Shown: positions 40,458 to 55,039 of the stretch, in pieces
Layout of the letters: each line of letters begins with the position of its first letter
Position numbering within the stretch: the stretch's first letter is position 1
Assembly: GCF_009914755.1 (NCBI RefSeq)
Contig: NC_060929.1
DNA: 64,000 bases
Origin: the human T2T-CHM13v2.0 reference genome, Homo sapiens
Direction: 5' to 3' (one strand)
Made by a program: the position numbers and the translations under genes
The notes under the pieces: model-generated
Told to the model about the DNA's origin: nothing
Seen by the model: only the letters and a program-made list of their open reading frames with translations
The model's database searches: none

Positions 40458-41430
40458 TGTAAGCCACGGACCTTCAGCCAGTGATGCCCCCACCTAGGCC
40501 TCACACAGCCACTTTACTTGCTGCAACAGGTGGCCTGCTCACTTGGCCTGCCCGGGCCAACCCTGGCTTATGCACCAGCTCAGCCCGCCTGTGTTATAGT
40601 TGGTATCACATTCAACTGTTTCCAAGTTCTTGTCCTGCGTCCAAGAAGAATAAGGATACACTGACAATTGAAGGGTGATGAGGGCAGAGAATAATTTTAT
40701 TGAGCAACAAAACGGCTCTCAGCAGAGAGGGGACATGAGAGTGGTCAGCTATCCTGAGTCAGCTGGTTTCTCTCCCAGTGTGGCTAAGTCTGGGACTTCT
40801 ATGGGCTCAGAATAGGGGAGTGTGTGCTGATTGGTTTGTGAGTATGCAGAAAAGGTTAAAAGAAAGGCACCACTGAAAGTTGGGCATGACAGTGTGAAAA
40901 ACCAATTATGACGCCAGGCACGGTGGCTTACACCTGTAATCTCAGCAATTTGGGAGGCCGAGGTGGATGAATCTCCTAAGATCAGGAGGTTGAGACCAGC
41001 TTGGCCAATATGGTGAAACCCTCTCTACTAAAAATACAAAAATTAGCTGGGTGTGGTGGTGGGCACCTGTAACCCCAGCTACCTAGGAGGCTAAGGCAGG
41101 AGAATCGCTTGAACCCGGGAGGTGGAGGCTGTAGTGAGCCAAGATTGTGCCACTGCACTCTGGCCTGGGCGACAAAGCGAGACTCCGTCTCAAAAAAAAA
41201 AAAAAAAAAAAAAAACAATTAGGAAAGGGTAGGTATGAGTAAAACAGGTGAAAGGTGGGGAAAGTGTGCCAAATGGGAAGACAGGCTCTCAATGTAGTCC
41301 ATAGTTTGACTTGTGGCTTGGCTTTCTGGCTTTAAACTGAAAAAGCCTGGAGGTTTTGGCTTGGAGTTGGGGTTTCACTGGGGACCTGCCCCTATCTGCC
41401 TAGGCGTTTGTCTGCCTCTTGCTGCTATCA
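40458..41430 (-). mobile_element. ERV1 solo LTR (LTR27/LTR28/MER52 group) split by an Alu
   Basis: TG...CA ends (tgtaagcc ... gctgctatca); terminal gggtttcactggggacctgcccctatctgcc typical of this group; CCAAT and AATAAA on the minus strand. Confidence 0.78.
40912..41215 (+). mobile_element. AluS inserted in the LTR
   Basis: Dimer with long A tail; TSD aaaa(c)caatta on both sides. Confidence 0.94.
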
Positions 41431-41538
41431 CATAGATTGTGGAGAAATCACATAATAATAAAGTTAAGAGAAGATATAATCAGAGAAACAAGCTGCAATG
41501 TATTTTACCACCTCCAACAAAAATTACCTGCTAAAAGT

Positions 41539-41835
41539 GGCCGGGCACAGTGGCTCAGGCCTGTAATCCCAGCACTTTGGGAGGCAAAGGCAGGTATCAC
41601 TTGAGGTCAGGAGTTCGAGACAAGCCTGGCCAACATGGCAAAATGCTTTTTCTACTAAAAATACAAAAATTAGCTGGGCCTGGTGGCGCATGCCTGTAAT
41701 CCCAACTATTTAGGAGGCTGAGGCAGGACAATTGCTTGAACCTGGGAGGCGGAGGTTGCAGTGAGCCAAGATCATGCCACTGCCCTCTAGCCTGGGCCAC
41801 AGAGAGAGGAGACTCCATCTCAAAAAAAGAAAAAA
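41539..41835 (+). mobile_element. AluSx-like, full length
   Basis: TSD aaaaattacctgct(a/g)aa on both sides. Confidence 0.94.
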
Positions 41836-41934
41836 AATTACCTGCTGAATGTGAAGAATGTACCCTTAAATTCTAAGGCTGTATTCCTTGCTTACAAAAA
41901 TGGATGTGAGAAAGGGATGAAGGAAATAAAAATT

Positions 41935-43420
41935 TATGTGATATGTTAATTAATATAGCCAAAACTGCCCTTGGAGGAAAATTCAGAACCTTAAGTACTT
42001 GTATTAATAAAATAAAAAGCATGAAATAAATGAGTTCATCATCTCACCCAAAACGAGGAAAATCAAACCCACAATCAAATCAAAGGAATATGGAAGAATG
42101 GAAGTAATAAAACTAAAAGCATAAAGGAATGAATTAGAAAAGGGAAAAATATAATATGTATATAATAGTTGCTTTTAGAAAATAATAAATAATTAAAATA
42201 CTTGTTAATATAATCAATACAAACTCATACCACAAAAGGGTGAATCTCTTCAATATACAGTGTGCTACTAGAAATGGATAAGGACAACCAAATAAAAATA
42301 TTGGCAATGGATATGGGGCTACTTTAGAAAATAGAAATACAAATGATTTTAAATATATTAAAGTTGATTTGCCCCATTCTCAGTAAAATAAAGGAAAAAT
42401 AAAAATATATTTATTCACCTATTAGATTAGCATAAATTTAAAATTTAATAACAGTGTCTTGACAAAGATGTGGATAAAAATGCTCTTTGATACTTTGCTG
42501 TTGAAAGTATAAATTCTCAACAACAACATGAAAAACCACTATAGAAGGCATTTTGGCAGAATCTGTCAAAACTGTAAAATGTATATATCTTTGATTCAGC
42601 AATAACACTTTTACAACTTATCCTTTAGTTCTATGCATGTATGAAGTTGTGTCATTCCAAGGTTAGTCACTGCAGCATTGTTTGTAATATTAGGAAACTG
42701 GAAATCATTGAAATTTTCACCATTAGGGGCTAGTTAAATAAATTATAGTACCCTATCCAGTGGAGTACTGTGAATGAGGAAGTTCTATATGTACTGACTG
42801 GGGAGAGCTCCAAGAGACATTGTTAATACAAAGAACTAAGCTGCAAACAGTTTAGGTTATGTTGTTACCTTTTATATAAAAAGGGTAGGAGTATGATTAT
42901 AAGTCTGATTTTGCTTTTATGTGATAAAGAAACTTAAAAATAATACAATAAACAATAACAGATTACATGTTTGGGGAGGTGGTTGAAATTGAAAGCAGAG
43001 GTTTAGGGGAAACTTTTTACTTGTTATATTTTACATTTTAATTTTTTTGAACACTGTGAATGTATTACCTATTCAAAAGGTAAGATTAAGAAATATTGAA
43101 AACATGGCACCTGTCCTCAAGCAAATATAAATTTTTAGGATGATGCTTTATTGAGAAATTATTGATAAGAAGACAAAATATTCATGCTATATATTGTTAA
43201 AGTAGGAAAAGCAGTTTATAAAATAGCATTATGGTATTTATCTGATTTTTATTAAATAAAGTATAGATATCCAAATACATGGAAAAAGTTGGAAGGCTAT
43301 ATTCCAGGATATTAATTATGATTACCTTAGAGTGGAGTAGTAATGGGTGATTTGGGGCAGTTTAAAAACGTTTTTCATTGAACATGTTACTATGTTTGTA
43401 ATATGAACATTTTCTAAAAT
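41935..43420 (+). mobile_element. Ancient L1ME-type fragments
   Basis: A-rich; ggaggaaaattcagaaccttaa, cacctattagattagc, cactgcagcattgtttgtaata, tgtgaatgtattacctattcaaaa. Confidence 0.65.
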
Positions 43421-43454
43421 TATATTACATGCTAATGTTTTGTAGAACACTATA

Positions 43455-44020
<566 letters not shown>

Positions 44021-44628
44021 ATATGAAGGATTTTTAAAAATCAACAAAAGCTATTTCTAAAGTCGCAGTATGTGTTACGGGAATTCAGAAGAGAGGAAAA
44101 AATTGGCTGGGAATGGTTTAAAAAGGAAAATGAACTTGAAGTAGGTCTTGAGAATAGGCAGAAGGAGGAGGAGGGAAATTATTTGATAAGAGGAGAAGCT
44201 AAACATGGGAAATTTCTAGGCCTGTTTTAAGTCAGGCAAGATCAGTTTGACAGAAGCAGGTGATTTGGAAAGGTGAATAATCTGAAAAGTTTAGGTTAAA
44301 ATCAGATTTTTGAAGGCCCTGAATACCAGAATTGTGATGGAAAATGCCATTCTGGTAAAGGTTTATAAGCAAAGGATGGATGTGATATAAGCACATCTTA
44401 AATATGATGGTGATACCACATACTTCATACCTCATATGTGAGATATATACATAACTCACTAAAATATTGAAACTATTCCGATTTTTAATTGTGGGAAGAA
44501 GTTAAGGAATTCATTGGCACACTTAACAGAAAAAAATCAATGTTCATTTTACCATGTTTCAAATAGTACTTGTGTAGCTAAAACCAATTCCTAGTATAAT
44601 AATGTTAAAATAGGAGTAGAAACACAAT

Positions 44629-44729
44629 GGCCAGGCTCAGTGGCTCACACTTGTAATCCCAGCACTTTGGGAGGCTGAGATGGAGGATCACTTGAACCTG
44701 TCTCAAAAAAAAAAAAAAAAAAAAAAAAA
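44629..44729 (+). mobile_element. Internally deleted Alu (76-nt body plus A25)
   Basis: ggccaggctcagtggctcac...ggatcacttgaacc joined directly to tgtctc(A)25. Confidence 0.88.
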
Positions 44730-47700
44730 CCCAGAAAGAAAGAAAGAAATTCTCAGTACTGGAGAAAAATAAGTAATGGTAGGAATTCAGAAATAGTAAA
44801 TAAAATACAGGCTTCTAATGGCCTATGTATAATTTCCTTGTTGAGCTTAAAATTTAGCTGTAAGCTTCCTGGAAGCTGTTACAGAAAAGGAGTTAGCTAA
44901 TTTCATGATTAGAAAGGAAGAAGGATTTTAATTTGTTTAAAGCAAAATTTTACTGCCAGTAAGTTCTAAGGGAAATTTCTCTCTTGGGATTTTAGATAAC
45001 AGTGTCCTCAACAATATTTTTGTACAAGTTTAGAAACAGATTTCATAGGTTGTTGATTTTAGCATCCTTTAAATGTAGCCAAGGGTATAATATTAAAACA
45101 CAGCTTAATAAAGAACATTCTACATCAGCATTTTCCCCCTATTTTCAATTTTTCCTGAATAGAATAGTAAAATTCTAGGACTCCAGACTTATCAAAATAT
45201 TAATAAAAATTAGCATTAAATACATTAAAAAGTTTAAACAACTCAGAATATCAAGGGTTATACATATGACATTTACAAATATCTCATGATATTTATATAC
45301 CTGAACAGTTTAATATTTAGTCAGGTTCGTAGAGAATGCACATGCTGAGTGAAAACAAACATTAAGATGTAATGAATTGTTGAAGTTTTTTTTCCCTTTA
45401 GGCTTTGCACTTTTGAAAATATGTTTCCAATATTTTATTTTATTTTATAAATTATCAGTTCAAAATTACTTAATTTAATGGAGGTTCACCATCTTCTTTA
45501 ATGTTTTGCTTTTTAGATTTTGAACTTAGACATTGAGGACACATTTGATATTCTATAAACCCCAAAAGAACAGAGGAACTCTGATACAAGGATTATTAGT
45601 GTTTGTACTTCTATAGTTCAAGCAGAAGAAAAGTGGTTATCAGAATGGAGGGACAGATGAGAGGTGGTAAGGAGTGAGTGTGGTGAGTCTGTGAGCAGTA
45701 GGAGTGTGACAGAGAGAAGAGGGTACCTTCTCGGCCTCTGTCTTGGACTGGTCTCTTCAACCCACATAACCCCTTATTCTTAGTAGTCTCCTCCCTCTGT
45801 CCCTACCTGCAGCTCACATACACTTCTGAGGCAGAACATCTCGCATGATGATATTTTCATTATTCCATCTTCATTATTAGTCTCCTTTAGTTGACATACA
45901 TACTCATAAAGCATCTCATAAAAAGTCTTCTTCCTCAGCTTACATTGATCTTTGAAGTAGTTATGGCATTTAATTTATTCAGTCTTGTACTATGTTAGTT
46001 TTGTATATCTGACGTGCCCATTAAAGGTGTTTGAGAGCAATAAGGATATTTTTACTCACTTTTTTGTATCTCTCAGAGTCTTACGTGTAATATACATTCA
46101 GTAAATACTTGATATTATTTTTGAAAAAATCTAGACATCTAAGAAGTGCCCAATATAACATTTGAAAAATATAAACAAGACTCATATTCTATTTTCAGAA
46201 TAATGTAGAAATTTTGGCTTTTAACGATTCCAGAGTTGGGCTTTGTTTACATTTATGTGTGGCATCTCTTTGGAAATAAGATATATCCAGTTTCAATTCT
46301 ATTTGTACAGTAATTTACTTTCTATTTTTAAATTATATTTGAAGTGAGTTTTCCATGTAGTTACAGTGCTCTTCGGAAACTTCATAAATGTTTTTGAGTA
46401 CAGATAGAAAACATTTCTGGTTGCACTCTTATTCAGCTTATCTGTATTTTATACTACGGCAAACTATATCTAATTGTTTCCATTAAATTTATTTGACACC
46501 TTGATGAGATTTCTCTCTGATATTAAAGTGGTGACACAATCTTGTGTAATATTTAATATTCCTTATTTGAAAATTAAAGCCCTGTATTAACCCATTTGAA
46601 AAGTGAGAATGATATACAAGAACAGACATACTTGTTTTCACTTTAAAAAACACCATTTATCTTTATCATATTAATTAAATTAGTGTTCACCTTCTGCTAC
46701 CTTGTCCTTCAAGGGAACGATTTAATTGTGCCACAAAAGGCTTGTCCCACATTCTATTTTATGTAGACTAAGTTTGCATGCTAAGAATTTTAATGACATC
46801 AAAATACTAGGATTTAAGTTAGAAAAACCAAAGACATTAAAAAGATATCTGCAAGTGATTTTTAAAAAACGAGAAACCTCATTGTATGTATTTATAAGCC
46901 TTACAGAAAAATGAAACTTCTTTTTGTTTTTTTTTGTTATTTATGTAACAATTTGTATATATTAAAACTACACCAAAAATGGATTTTGTAGCAGGAATAC
47001 CCATAGAGAGAAATTACAATCTTGTGGACATCCTTGAACGTTGATTGATAGTTATTTAAATTAATGAGAAATAGAATCAACCTCAGCAAAAATCAGTTAC
47101 AATTTCTTATGTGTCTCTTAGTAATCAAGGATCCTCATCTTCACACCATAGCTCTCATTGTTTCATGGTCTTACCATGAGGGATACTTCCTAATGGTGGC
47201 CTATAAGAGGTATGATTTTCTCACTACTTTCTAGTAATGCTGTATTCTCTTTTAAATAATAAATCTATATCCTTTTTTGACTCTAGAATCACTTCAGTTG
47301 GAGACCTTAGGAATCATTTCTTAATGTTCATAATACTGGATCATGAGATAGTCAATAAAGTTTTCTGAGTCTTCTCTAGAAATAAGTTTGAAAAGACTTC
47401 TTCACTTCTATTGCAGTCTTGAATGTGGGTTTTCAGGAAGATCATCAATGTTCATCTGAAATAAATAGTAGAAATTTTCGAGGAATCCCACAGCTCTTAA
47501 GCATTTTTCTGATTATCTCTTGAGTTAACATTCAATAAATACGTATTTAGTTGCTTAGTATATCATAGAAATTATATTAGGTACTGAGGATACAGTGATG
47601 ACTATGACAATATTTGCCTCAAAAGAAATTAAGAGTCTGGTTGGCAAGATAGATTAGTGAGAATTCATTCATGATTGAGGTGATGAACCCCATTCCAGAG

Positions 47701-47951
47701 GAATTTTATGGTATTTTAGGGGACATAGTATGTTAGACAGTTGAGGAAAGGACAAAAGGTGGGCTGAGTTGTGAAGAATGACTACAACTGCACTGGTGAA
47801 GGGCCTGAGACAGCATAGTTTTTCAGAGGAGGTGCATCTGATCTTGGGGTGAAAAATTCTGTGGCACATTTGAAGAACTATTTGAAGGATTCTATCTTAT
47901 ACACCTGGAGTGGAGACTACATTAGTCATCAGGGAAAGAGAGGAAAAGAGG

Positions 47952-48924
47952 CATGGTAGATAGAATAATGGCTCCCCAAATATGTCTACACCCTAATTGC
48001 TGGCATCTGTGAATAGGTTCCATTACAAAGCAAAAGGAATTTTGCAGATGTGACTATGTTAAGGATTTTGTGATGGGGAGATAGTTCTGGATTATCCACA
48101 TGGACCTCTTGTACTCACAAGTATTCTTACCTGGAAGAGGAAGGTAGAAGTCGTAGTCAGACAAGAAGATATGCCTACAGTATGACTACAAAACTAGTTA
48201 CATGGCCAAGGTCCAAGGAATGATGACAGCCTCTAGAAACTGGAAAAGGCAAGAAATAGATTATTTCCTTATAACCTGCAAAAAGAACATAGCTCTGCAG
48301 ACATTATGATTTTAGCCCCAAGAGACTCATTCTGGACTTTTGACCTCCAGAACTGTAAAATAATAAATTTGTGTTTACTATAAAGACACATGCATATGTG
48401 TGTTTATTGCAATAGCAAAGACTTGGAACCAACCCAAATGCTCATCAATGATAGACTGGATAAAGAAAATGTGGCACATATATACCATGGAATACTATGG
48501 AGCCATAAAAAAGAATAAGTTCATGTCATTTGCAGGGACATGGATGAAGCTGGAAACCATCATTCTCAGCAAACTAACACAGGAACAGAAAACCAAACAC
48601 TGCATGTTCTCACTCATAAGTGGGAGTTGAACAGTGAGAACACATGGACACCGGGAGGGGAACATCACACACCGGGGTCTGTCGGGTTGAGGGGCAAGGG
48701 AGAGGAGAGCATTAGGATAAATAGCTAATGCACGCGGGGCTTAAAACGTAGATGATGGGTCAATAGGTGCAGCGAACCACCATGACACATGTATACCTAT
48801 GTAACAAACATGCATGTTCTGTACATGTATCCCAGAACTTAAAATAAAATAAAAATAAATTTGTCTTGCATTAAGCTACTAAATATATGACAATTAGTTA
48901 CAGTAGCAGTAGAAAACTAATACA
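47952..48924 (+). mobile_element. MLT1D solo LTR split by L1PA
   Basis: agaataatggctccccaaa...gacctccagaactgtaaaataataaatttgtg | ...agcagtagaaaactaataca; 5-bp flanks agagg/ggagg. Confidence 0.9.
48376..48853 (+). mobile_element. 5'-truncated L1PA (PA7/8-like) 3' end
   Basis: ORF2 tail AKTWNQPKC...MFSLISGS plus 3' UTR; TSD aataaatttgt(g/c)tt at 48362-48375 and 48854-48867. Confidence 0.93.
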
Positions 48925-49934
48925 GGAGGTGAGGTTGGAGAAGGGAAAAGGTGCCAAATAATAACATTTCATCCTAAAGGGTTTGATCTTTGGGGGCAAC
49001 AGGAAATTTTGAATGGTCTTATACTAGGAAAAGTCATGATCAGATTTGTATTTTCTACGGATAATTATGGCTTCATCTTGGAAATCACTTAGTGAGTTGT
49101 TGACAGGTAAGAAATAGAAGTGACAATGAGATGTAAAAATGTAAATTTGGGTTTTAGAGAATGATTAGGTATTTGTGGGGGTGTTGATTGCTGGATAAAA
49201 TTACGAATCATTAGCTTAGTTATCTGTCAGAATCACTAAGACTTGGCAAAGAAGTTGATGGGTGAAAGAGAGGTTTTAAGGATTACCTTCAGGTTTATAA
49301 TTCAGCAGCTAGGTGATGATGTCATGGACTGAGATGCTATAGGAAGCCAGGTTAAGGAGAAAATTGGGGGCATGCTAAGTTTTACATATATGTGACATTT
49401 CCAAATAGATGTGACCTGTAGGCCGATGGATATGTATATCTGGAATTTAGAAGCAACCTCAGGGCCACAGATATAGATATGGGAGTCACCAATATGTAGA
49501 GAAAATACCTGAAGGTTTGGAGTAAATGAGAAAATATTTAGCATGCGACAAGGGCCTATGACAGATAATTCAGGGATGGCAGAAGAGGAGGCTCCATTGG
49601 TCTCTCTCACTTATTTCTTCCTTTCACTCATGTTGCTGCCTTATTTATACAGGCTTTCATCACTTTAAACCTAGATTGCTGATAACTCATCTACTTCTCT
49701 TTCCTTTAGGATCTTTTCCTCCCTCTTCTCACTAGAATTATCCTTCTAAAATAACATTTTATCCTATCAGATTGCTACTTTTAAAACTTATGATACTTCT
49801 TTTGCTTTTGTGAAGCAATGCAGGCCTCTTTGTCTCATCAAGGTTTTCTAAGGTGGGATCCTAGTTCACCTGCCCAATTTAGCCCCTTCTTCCTTTGTTC
49901 CCTTTCCTTTAGCCACCCTGTTAGAATGCATATA

Positions 49935-50962
49935 CAGTTGACCCCCTGAACAATCTGGGGGTGACGGGTGCTGACCCCCTGCATAGTCAAAAATCTGCAT
50001 ATGACTTTTGACTTCCCAGAAACAACTACTAATAGCCTACTGTTGACCAGAAGCCTTACTGATAACATATTTAACACATATTTTGTATGCTATATGTCTA
50101 TACTGTATTCTTACAATAAGGCAGAGAAAAGAAAATATTACTTTAAAAATTATAAGGAAGAGATACTACATTTATAGTATTGTACTGTATTTATTGATAC
50201 CGTAAGTTTGTATCATCTGTTTACAAGATGAATGATCTCTCTGACATGGTGGGCATCTATAGCTTCAGACCTCAATCTATGGTGCATATCAAGCAATTCA
50301 ACTTTATCTTGTAATATTATGACTTTTCTCTGCTGGGAACATTTCCAGCATCACTAGTGGCACTTTATGTGGGTCCCATGGTGTTATTCAAGGTTTATGG
50401 TATTGCATAAAACATGATGAAAAATTCACAAGAACCACAAGAGATCACTTTTTACTGTGATAGAGTTTAGTACAGAGACAAACTGCTCACACAGAGATGA
50501 TTAGCATCACACAGCATTTTAAGCAGATATTTGCAACACTTGAGCTCACCACAATAGCAGTGAGAGGTAGCTACAAAATTATTACAGTAGTAATGTATGT
50601 ACTACAGTTAATTTTATGCAGTTGTGATTTAATACTGCATTTTTATGTTCATATTTTTCTGAGCTATAAATGGCACCATGTATGGTCTGTTTGTGTATAA
50701 ATTCTGATAAATTTTAACTTTTTATAATAGGTTTATGTATATTTTATGGTAGTAAATAAGATAGACTAATAGTTAGATGTATTTTATGGATTCATGACAT
50801 ACCTTTTTCTTATTTTTTCTCAATATTTCTAGGCTAGGCAATTCATCTGCTTTTCCAAGTTGTCTCAAATTTCCAAAAATATTTTCCAATGTATTTAATT
50901 TAAAAAGTCCATGTATAAGTGAATCCACACAGTTCAAACCTATGTAGTTCAAGGGTCAACTG
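49935..50962. mobile_element. Tigger2-family non-autonomous DNA transposon (Tigger2b-like), complete
   Basis: TIRs cagttgaccccctgaac / gttcaagggtcaactg, TA duplications at 49933-34 and 50963-64, 1028 bp. Confidence 0.9.
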
Positions 50963-51280
50963 TATAATAATATAGAACCTCAAACTCAGCATTTATAAGC
51001 ATGAACTCATTATGTTGATTTACTTCTATGTTCCCCACTGCCCCTACTTTTCAGTTTTGGTCTTTGTTAACACTATCCATTCTATTATAAAAACATATTT
51101 GGAATGTTTATATACTCCCTTTTCCTCATCCTTCACATTTAATAAGTCATGAATTCCTGTAACTTAAACCTCATAATGGCTTTCAGATTTGTTACCTGCT
51201 CTATTTCCTTGCTGCGGCTATCTCAGCTGAGGCCTTCAGCAATGTGGGTCAGACACTTGTGAAGCGACTCCTGTTTCTCT

Positions 51281-51578
<298 letters not shown>

Positions 51579-53282
51579 AACTCCTGTTTCTCTTGTTTGC
51601 CTTTGTCATGTTTAGATGTTTGGAATATCTAAAATAATGACCGATTATGTTCTTTAAATGCTTAAAATACCCTAATGAATCTACATTACTCATTGATCAG
51701 GTTGATACATTCTAACATACAAAAATCCTTTATAGATTTTTTCAGTTTTTCCAGTTGTTTCTCCTGACAATCCTTTGCATGTCTGAAGCTGCAATTTACC
51801 AAAATCCCTTTCACTCCCAGAATGTGGTCTGTTATTTCATACCTTTCTATCTTTGTAACGCTGCGCTCTTTCTTGGAAATATATTTTGGGCATCAATTCT
51901 GTTTAAAGTCTTTCTTAACTCTACCAGTTCATATTAAGTCCTCCTTTCCCTGTGCTTGCATACAATTCACAAGCATGATTACATTATTTATTGTGTAGTA
52001 TTGAAATTATTTTTTAAAAATACTTCTGTTGTGGATTTGTGAAGTCCGGGAGTATATTAATTCATCTTTGTCTTCCTTGATCCATTGTGGCACATAAAAG
52101 GTACTCAATAAATATGCGTTGAGAGAATGTTTTAAAGAACAGAACACTATATATACTCATAGATGCAAACTGTGTACATGAAGCCCAAAACGATCTAGGC
52201 ATTAATAGGAATATTATAATTAATAAGTCAGAGACAATAGTCTGGTTCTTACTCAAGGACGTGAGTGGCACTTACATCCCTTAGATTATAATTCTAGTAG
52301 TCACCTTCAAGAAAGAGCCAATGAAACTAAAAAATATTCAGATTGGAGAAATTATTGGGATTACAAACTTGGAAGTGTTATGCAACTACCTGTAGGTAAG
52401 GAAATAATTATTGTTTAATGATTCAGTGATTTCTTGTGTGTGTCATTCCTGTAGAGCTTATTTGTATTATTCTCAATATCATAGATATTGTGAATCAAAC
52501 TATTTTTTTAGATATTTGGAGAGGCCTGAGTTACCACTTTGATTGTTGGCAAATTGCATTTCCATTATTTACCCTTAGAAATCCTAGCTTGTGGTTATAG
52601 ACAATTAAAGCAATATTCTTTCCTGTAAAGTTCTTCCTGATTATTTCCTGGAAGAAATCTGGCAGGAAAGCCTGTTCAGAAGTCGATTCAGCTTGACACC
52701 TTCTCTACCAGCTGTATCTTTGCTAGATTATTTGTTTTTCCTGTGAGACATTGGACAATATGCTTAATCTCTTTCCCTGAATTTCATTTTCTGTACCTAC
52801 TTCACAGTGTTGTTGGAAGGGCAAAGTGGTGAAAGCATTAACTCCAAAATAAAGAAATTAAGAAGTCAGTATTTATAAGTTACAGTTTGAACAGTAGATG
52901 TATTAAGCATTTAAATATTAAGTCAGAGTCAAGAGTTCAAAAAATATTACACGGCATTACTTTAAGTATAGAGAAAGGCTTAATTAAAAAATTAAAAAGT
53001 AATTCTTATTAAAATATCCATTTGCTAAGTATATCATTAAATGTGGCATAAGATCATTCTAATCTTGTTCATACTTGATATAATACAATAGAAGTTTCTC
53101 TCTGTTACTAGTGAAAAATAATTCATCTTGTGAGCCAATTTTTCTATGTTGACTAAGGGCCATGAGGCATTGTCTCCTGTTGTGTCCTTTTTTTCTTATA
53201 AAAATTTATTTTAGAAGAAATACTTTTAGTGTGACATTGCCTTTTTATATGAATACAAGTTGAATAATTACCCTCAGATAGT

Positions 53283-53460
53283 AGTGTTCAGTGTTTAGAT
53301 ATGTGCGGGTCATCTGCACTGTTTGTGAGTTGTGGAGGTTCTAGGACCATTACAATGGGATTAGGATCCAGTGAATATGGGATGGGGCACCAAGATCTGC
53401 ATTTTCAAAAAGATACCAGGTAATTATCATTAAAGTGATCTGTGGTTTGAGAAGCACTGT
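53283..53460. mobile_element. MER5-type hAT MITE
   Basis: gggatggggcaccaagatctgcattttcaaaaag...caggtaatt...tttgagaagcactg. Confidence 0.65.
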
Positions 53461-54414
53461 TCTAAATTACAAAACTTTTGTTTTTTTTCTGTTCAGCCCA
53501 TACTGAGTAATCAATTGTTTCAATGAGGATGAGGAACAGAAACAAATCCTTGAAACAAAACAAACAACATAAAAAACAAAATCAAATTTTTTTCTTTCTG
53601 TGAGTGAGATCAAAAGGATGAAGTTACAAATGACTGATTCAGGGAAAATCTTACTGTGAATGACATTCATTTCAGCCATGTACCATGCCTCTATGTATAA
53701 ATTTATACTGGTAGGCCAGGAGAGAGTAAAAAAGCAAGAAGCATTGGGATCCTTGAGGTCTAAAATCTTAGAAAAAGAGGAAGGCCATAGAGAAGAGTAA
53801 AGACCAAGAAAATTTACAAAGGTCTAAAATTTTTGCATAAATTGAATATTCAGTATTCATCTATACAGGAGAGCGTCTCTTGTTTTGATAAACTCCTGTA
53901 ATTGTTTTGATTCTTCTTTCTAACAGAAATATTCCAAGCCAAAATAGCACTTACTATTTCTTCAATGCCATTTCACCTGATGTATATAGAAATGTGAAAT
54001 TTCATCCTCAATTCCCATGTCACAGACTAATCTGTTTGAAATTGGTTGGTTTTTCAGGCCCTTTGCAAGATCAAAGGAAGCATTTAGAAGTCATAATGAA
54101 GAAACAGTGTTTATAGGTTTAGACCGATAACAGAGTGAATTTCCAAACACCCTTCAGAAGACTGAGCATTTTCATTATTGTCACCTGATTGTCATAGTCC
54201 ATGAGTGATTGTTGAATATCCTCTGTGGGTCTGACCCTATTACTGAATTATTTGAAGAAGCAAAAGAAACAAGTGTTTTGTTGGACAGATATAACATTCA
54301 ACTTATAATTCAGATTTCTTGTCATTTGATAAAATTTTAGTAAAAACTGAAAAACATGTTTTTGTTAAAGGGGAAAAGAATAACTTTTGGTAGGGTTTTT
54401 TAGAGAAGAAGTGA

Positions 54415-54538
54415 GCACACGCTGTTGGAAAATGACATCAATAGACTTGATTGACCCACGGTTGCCAAACCTTCAATTTGTAAGAAATATCTACAAATCA
54501 CAGTAAAGTGAAGCACAATAAAATAAGGTATGCTTGTA
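54415..54538. mobile_element. Tigger4/MER46-type terminal fragment
   Basis: atagacttg...ggttgccaaaccttcaatttgtaa...gaagcacaataaaataaggtatgcttgta. Confidence 0.75.
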
Positions 54539-55039
54539 TTATAGCTCATTATTGTGTAAAAGGTAATACACAATCGCTGAAGTTTTTTTTTTAGTTCATA
54601 ATTGAAGCTTAATAATGTGTTTTAGTTTACTTCCATTGTTTAATGACTGTAGTATTTAAACATAGGAAAAAGTCAGAGCATATTTATGGGGGTCATTGAT
54701 TTATATATCTTGCTTAATTCCCCTAAAGGATTAGGAGACATTTGCAAAGCTATGTTAAATCAAACAGGCTAAAAGTGAGGGGATGTTGAAACTGGAGAGA
54801 AGAGAAAAAAAGCATATATACATATTTAAGGAGGGTATAAATACATATTCCCTCCTTATATAAGGTAAATATTATACAGAAATGTTTATCAAGGTTCCTC
54901 TAAAGTCGATATAGGCTACACATTCAGTTCTGAGTGGGTAAACAATAAAAGTGTAAAATAAAGGAAGGTGCTGAAGAGAACAGCTGTGCATAGTCCTGAG
55001 ACCTTAGAGATAGCTTTTGTAAGGCTTTAATCAGAAGAC

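Larger units (their letters stand above)
47525..49590 (-). mobile_element. LINE-2 remnant hosting the MLT1D/L1PA nest
   Basis: ttcaataaatacgtatttag... on the left; resumes ggaggtgaggttggaga, tcatgatcagatttgtatttt, atagatatgggagtcacc after the LTR. Confidence 0.7.
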
